Below, piece by piece: positions 60,742 to 64,000 of a stretch of 64,000 nucleotides of DNA; position 1 is the stretch's first letter, and each line of letters begins with the position of its first letter. The stretch covers positions 66,950-130,949 of the forward strand of contig CAWCKJ010000009.1 of NCBI GenBank assembly GCA_963796105.1, read 5' to 3'. The notes below the pieces were generated by a model. It saw nothing but the letters and a program-made list of their open reading frames with translations, ran no database searches and had not been told where the DNA came from. Position numbers and translations under genes: made by a program. The stretch is from a candidate division FCPU426 bacterium. GTDB lineage: Bacteria; Oederibacteriota; Muellerivitia; Muellerivitales; Muellerivitaceae.

Positions 60742-61143
60742 TATTTTTCATTTTTCCATTAAACATTAAAATGATTTTATTCCGGCTACGAATAGAGAAT
60801 AGATAGATCCTGAACCAACCTAAAGAAACATTACCGCAATTTCATGAAAAATCCAAAGATTTCAAAAATATTTCCTGGTTTGAAAAAGAATTTAACAGAT
60901 TTGAATCAATTTTTATTTTTGGCCGGTACCCTTTGTCCCTCATATTGTTGCTATTTAATTCATTTCGCATAAAGTCCTTCGGGGTGCTAACCCCCAACTT
61001 ACACCATCACAATCAACCACTTTAACGTAACAACAAACATTTTTAAAAATCCAGCGCCAACAAACTTAGGAAGTTGGGTTCAAGGATCAAAGACAGTCTC
61101 GAATTCCCAACCGCTTATCGGATTATTTTATTCAGGACAAATT

Positions 61144-61172
61144 TGGACAGGTTTAATTTCATGTGGTACATT
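61144..61172 (+). promoter_or_regulatory. Putative sigma70 promoter
   Basis: TGGACA-17 nt-TACATT with extended -10 TG. Confidence 0.5.
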
Positions 61173-61230
61173 TAGTGGCAAGCTCGGATAAAGAGTCACT
61201 CAAGGGGCGGCCCATTGGGTCACCGGTAAG

Positions 61231-62218
61231 AATGCCTCTCCAAACGGTACCTGTTGAAATAAAGGAATACAGGAGTATACTCATTGTTGGAGGGGCAAAT
61301 TATGAACTACCAACGGATGAAGGGGATTGAGATTTTCAAGGAAATCGATACAGAAGAAAAGGCACGTCAATGGGTGTGGAAGAGCCGTTTTGCCGGAAAA
61401 GACTTTGTTTGCCCACAATGTGAAGGAGAAAGTTTCTGGCAACACAAAAACCGCCCCGAAGTGCGGGAATGTGACTATTGTCGAAAGCAAATACGGCTTC
61501 GAGCCGGAACGATCTTCCGGAAATCCAAGATCCCAATCTTAACCTGGTTGAGGATGATTGGATTGGTGATGCAAGGGAAAAGGGGCATTTCAGCCCTGGA
61601 ACTTCAGCGGCAATTGGGAATGCCCTCCTACGATACCGTTTGGAGGATGTTGCATAAGATTCGGGAAAGTCTTCGACAAAGGGATGAAAATTACCAACTC
61701 AAGGAAATCATTGAGTTGGATGGGGCTGTATTCGGCAAGAGAGAAAAGGAAAACCAGGCTGAAGTGCTGGTGGCGGTTGAAAGCAAAGAATGGATAGATG
61801 AGAAAGGGCGCAAAAAAGAGAAAGCGGGTTTTGCAAAGATAAAGGTGACCGCAGAAACCAAGTGGGAAGCCCAAGCATTCGTCGATCAAGCAATCCAGAA
61901 AGGCGCCATGATAAACACGGATGCCAGTCCCAGCTTGAGAAACTTGGAAAACGTGGATGTGGAGTACCAGGTAACAGCCAATGACCCAGTGGTGTTAAAT
62001 CACTGGTTACCTTGGGTCCACCGATTCATTTCCAACGCCAAGGCTTGGATCCTAGGAACCCATCATGGAGTCAACGTGAAATATCTGCCTGGATACTTGA
62101 GCGAATATACTTATCGGTTCAATCGTCGCCATGACCCAGATTCCTTATTTCACCGGGCCTTAACCGCTTGCGCTTTGGCAAAACCCATTACTGCGCAAGC
62201 GTTGTTCGGATAGGCATG
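61231..62218 (+). mobile_element. IS1595-family insertion sequence, copy B (988 bp, intact)
   Basis: Same element as 22697..23685; 8-bp target duplication CCGGTAAG at 61223-61230 and 62219-62226. Confidence 0.95.
61302..62213 (+). CDS. IS1595-family transposase
   Basis: Same motifs as 59828..60736; uninterrupted frame; GGAGG RBS before MNYQ. Confidence 0.93.
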   Translation: MNYQRMKGIEIFKEIDTEEKARQWVWKSRFAGKDFVCPQCEGESFWQHKNRPEVRECDYCRKQIRLRAGTIFRKSKIPILTWLRMIGLVMQGKRGISALELQRQLGMPSYDTVWRMLHKIRESLRQRDENYQLKEIIELDGAVFGKREKENQAEVLVAVESKEWIDEKGRKKEKAGFAKIKVTAETKWEAQAFVDQAIQKGAMINTDASPSLRNLENVDVEYQVTANDPVVLNHWLPWVHRFISNAKAWILGTHHGVNVKYLPGYLSEYTYRFNRRHDPDSLFHRALTACALAKPITAQALFG

Positions 62219-62356
62219 CCGGTAAGTTTTCGCTTTTTCTGGCGCTGGGCTCTATAGTCTCCGGACGTTCCGGAAATAGGGCCTTGCCAGCCTGGCCGAG
62301 TTGAAAAATTTCAATCTGTGAAATGCCCTAACAAAGATTAATTCTTCATGTTATTA

Positions 62357-64000
62357 CCTGAATTTTGCACCGAGTTTACCGATTCCGTGGCCAGATCGGC
62401 CTGAATCGGGACCCGACAGTGGCCATTTTCATCAGAAGTGAACTTATGTGCAAAGAATTTTTTGCACCAAGCCACTTCTAGGCCGCCCTGGGTCTTTCCA
62501 ATCGTTTTCGATCAAGGTATTTGAGGAAACCCAATAGGCCCGCTGTCCTATCATCATGGATTGAATACCTCACCACATCCCGATGGCCGTGATACTGGAT
62601 TCGGGCGGCTACAAAGAGCATCTTCAAACGTGCGATCCGAAGGGTATGGTCCGGCATGGTGATCTGTTCCTTCTCCTGTGGCTTCTTTCCCGGTCGCTTT
62701 TCTTTTCCACAATGGCCCACCATTAGTTTCATCCACCTCCAGAGGTTGTAAGCCAGCATCACGATCTGGAAAAAAGCATGGTGGCTTTGGAAACTCTTAG
62801 AGGGAATTGCTAATAACCCCTCCCGTTGCGCCTCACCAATCAGGTTTTCCACATCCGCGCGCAGGTCGTATTCCTCAACCACCCGATGGGGTGCTCCCAG
62901 ACAGTTGGTCGCGAAGATTCGGTAGACATATCCTTCCATTTCAGGAAGGCTCAATTGTTTCTCCCGCGCTTTTTCATCCAGCGTCCTCATCGCCACAAAC
63001 CGGACTGGTTGTTGCCAGCCTATGGGTTGATGGACACATTCGTTGTATTCGTGTTCTCCATGGCGGTACCAACCCTTTTTCGTGAAAGGCGGGTCATGCC
63101 GCTTGTTCCCGAAGATGAAAGAAAACCCTTCTTTTTCACAGGCTTTCACGCTTTCCCAGCCGATCATTTCACCGTCACCGCGCACCAGAATCGTCCGGAC
63201 ACAGGACGGCAAGAGTCGCCGGAATTGTCTAATTTGGCGGGCCACTTCCTCAGAACTAAGGGTGGTTCCGCGTCTTTGGGTTCCGCACAAATATTCCCGG
63301 GTTTCCTGGAGAAAACACAGAATGGGCCTCAGTCCCTTCTTGCCCCGGTGCTTGGGGTTGTATCCTTTTCGGCTTCCCTCGATATTTCCGTAGACCGTTG
63401 CGGTGGTGGTATCGATGTTGATCTCCACCTTCTTGGGGGCATATTTCACCTGTCCCCAAACCTTGGCCCGTAACGCCCCACTCAGATTCAGCAACGATGC
63501 CGACTGCCCGATCCCCAGCGACCTCAGGTATCTCCAAAAAGTTGTCACTACCGGCAACAAGGGAACCCGCAGTAAACCGCACAGCATGACCTCACCCCGC
63601 AGGTAGGCAAAATGGCCAAGTCTTTGGAACCCGATGAAAAGAAGCATTAGGATGCCGCTTACCATCCGGTAGTGGCCCAAATTCGGAAGGCGTTTAGGTG
63701 CGGCATAGTGTTTTTTGAATTCCCGCTCAAAATCAAGAAGGTCGAACATCTTCGCCAATGCCAACAATCCGCCAAAAGCTGTTAGGCGGTCTTCGCAAAT
63801 ACCTACGGGAGTATTGGCCGTAATCTTGGGCGCGATTCTCCCGTTTCGATTGGCTTTTTTCTGGACTTGCGGGTTTGATTTCTGAGGCGTATCTTGACGT
63901 TTCACCATCTGGGGGACCCTCTTTTAGGATGAGTTGGCTTCGCAACCCTTATCCTATAATGGTTTCCTAGATGGTTTTTTTATTAGGCGCAAAATTCAGG
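62357..64000 (-). mobile_element. IS1380-family insertion sequence
   Basis: Terminal IRs CCTGAATTTTGCACC (62357) and GGCGCAAAATTCAGG (63986-64000, ending exactly at the window edge); target duplication cannot be checked. Confidence 0.85.
62478..63908 (-). CDS. IS1380-family DDE transposase
   Basis: LTAFGGL, INIDTT, YGNIEG..GYNP, VRGDG, Y..RADVENLIGE, LAYNL. Confidence 0.9.
   Translation of the reverse strand: MVKRQDTPQKSNPQVQKKANRNGRIAPKITANTPVGICEDRLTAFGGLLALAKMFDLLDFEREFKKHYAAPKRLPNLGHYRMVSGILMLLFIGFQRLGHFAYLRGEVMLCGLLRVPLLPVVTTFWRYLRSLGIGQSASLLNLSGALRAKVWGQVKYAPKKVEINIDTTTATVYGNIEGSRKGYNPKHRGKKGLRPILCFLQETREYLCGTQRRGTTLSSEEVARQIRQFRRLLPSCVRTILVRGDGEMIGWESVKACEKEGFSFIFGNKRHDPPFTKKGWYRHGEHEYNECVHQPIGWQQPVRFVAMRTLDEKAREKQLSLPEMEGYVYRIFATNCLGAPHRVVEEYDLRADVENLIGEAQREGLLAIPSKSFQSHHAFFQIVMLAYNLWRWMKLMVGHCGKEKRPGKKPQEKEQITMPDHTLRIARLKMLFVAARIQYHGHRDVVRYSIHDDRTAGLLGFLKYLDRKRLERPRAA

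Noticed and set aside
22697..62218. Composite transposon or inversion bounded by the two identical IS1595 copies
   Set aside because: Each copy keeps its own matching 8-bp duplication (GAAAATTA; CCGGTAAG), which indicates independent insertions without exchange of flanks.

Overview
64-kb window of a diderm bacterial chromosome; almost all genes lie on the minus strand. Positions 1-18.6 kb hold core housekeeping clusters: rpsB-tsf-pyrH-frr-uppS-cdsA followed by a degenerate GalK-like kinase, and mtaB-methyltransferase-HIT-rpsU-yqeY-mpg-mutS2-dnaG-rpoD (rpoD runs off the left edge). The middle carries a GH92 with altered active-site residues, a NUDIX-GNAT fusion, a chlorite-dismutase-family protein, membrane glycosylation genes (DUF2723-like; an O-antigen-ligase/TPR gene split at a homopolymer), a 1700-aa Gly-rich autotransporter, a nucleotidyltransferase plus BrnT-type TA islet, GT4, an epimerase, RlmI-like, mnmA, a cysteine desulfurase, bactofilin and M23. 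The right end is a plant-polysaccharide cluster: GH10, a GH74-like propeller and an expansin-like protein on a ~800-aa Thr-x stalk, the last two ending in T9SS-CTD/FlgD-Ig-like tails. Three IS1595-family elements (each with its own 8-bp target duplication) and one IS1380 element are present. The most unusual feature is a set of nested palindromic REP/MITE-like elements at 15.9 kb and 36.9-48 kb. One pair forms ~120-bp direct repeats around a two-gene cassette, one palindromic insert sits in frame inside a glycosyltransferase, and one is nested three deep. A candidate structured leader RNA split by an IS is also visible. No rRNA, tRNA or CRISPR array was seen. All family assignments are from motif reading only; no searches were run.
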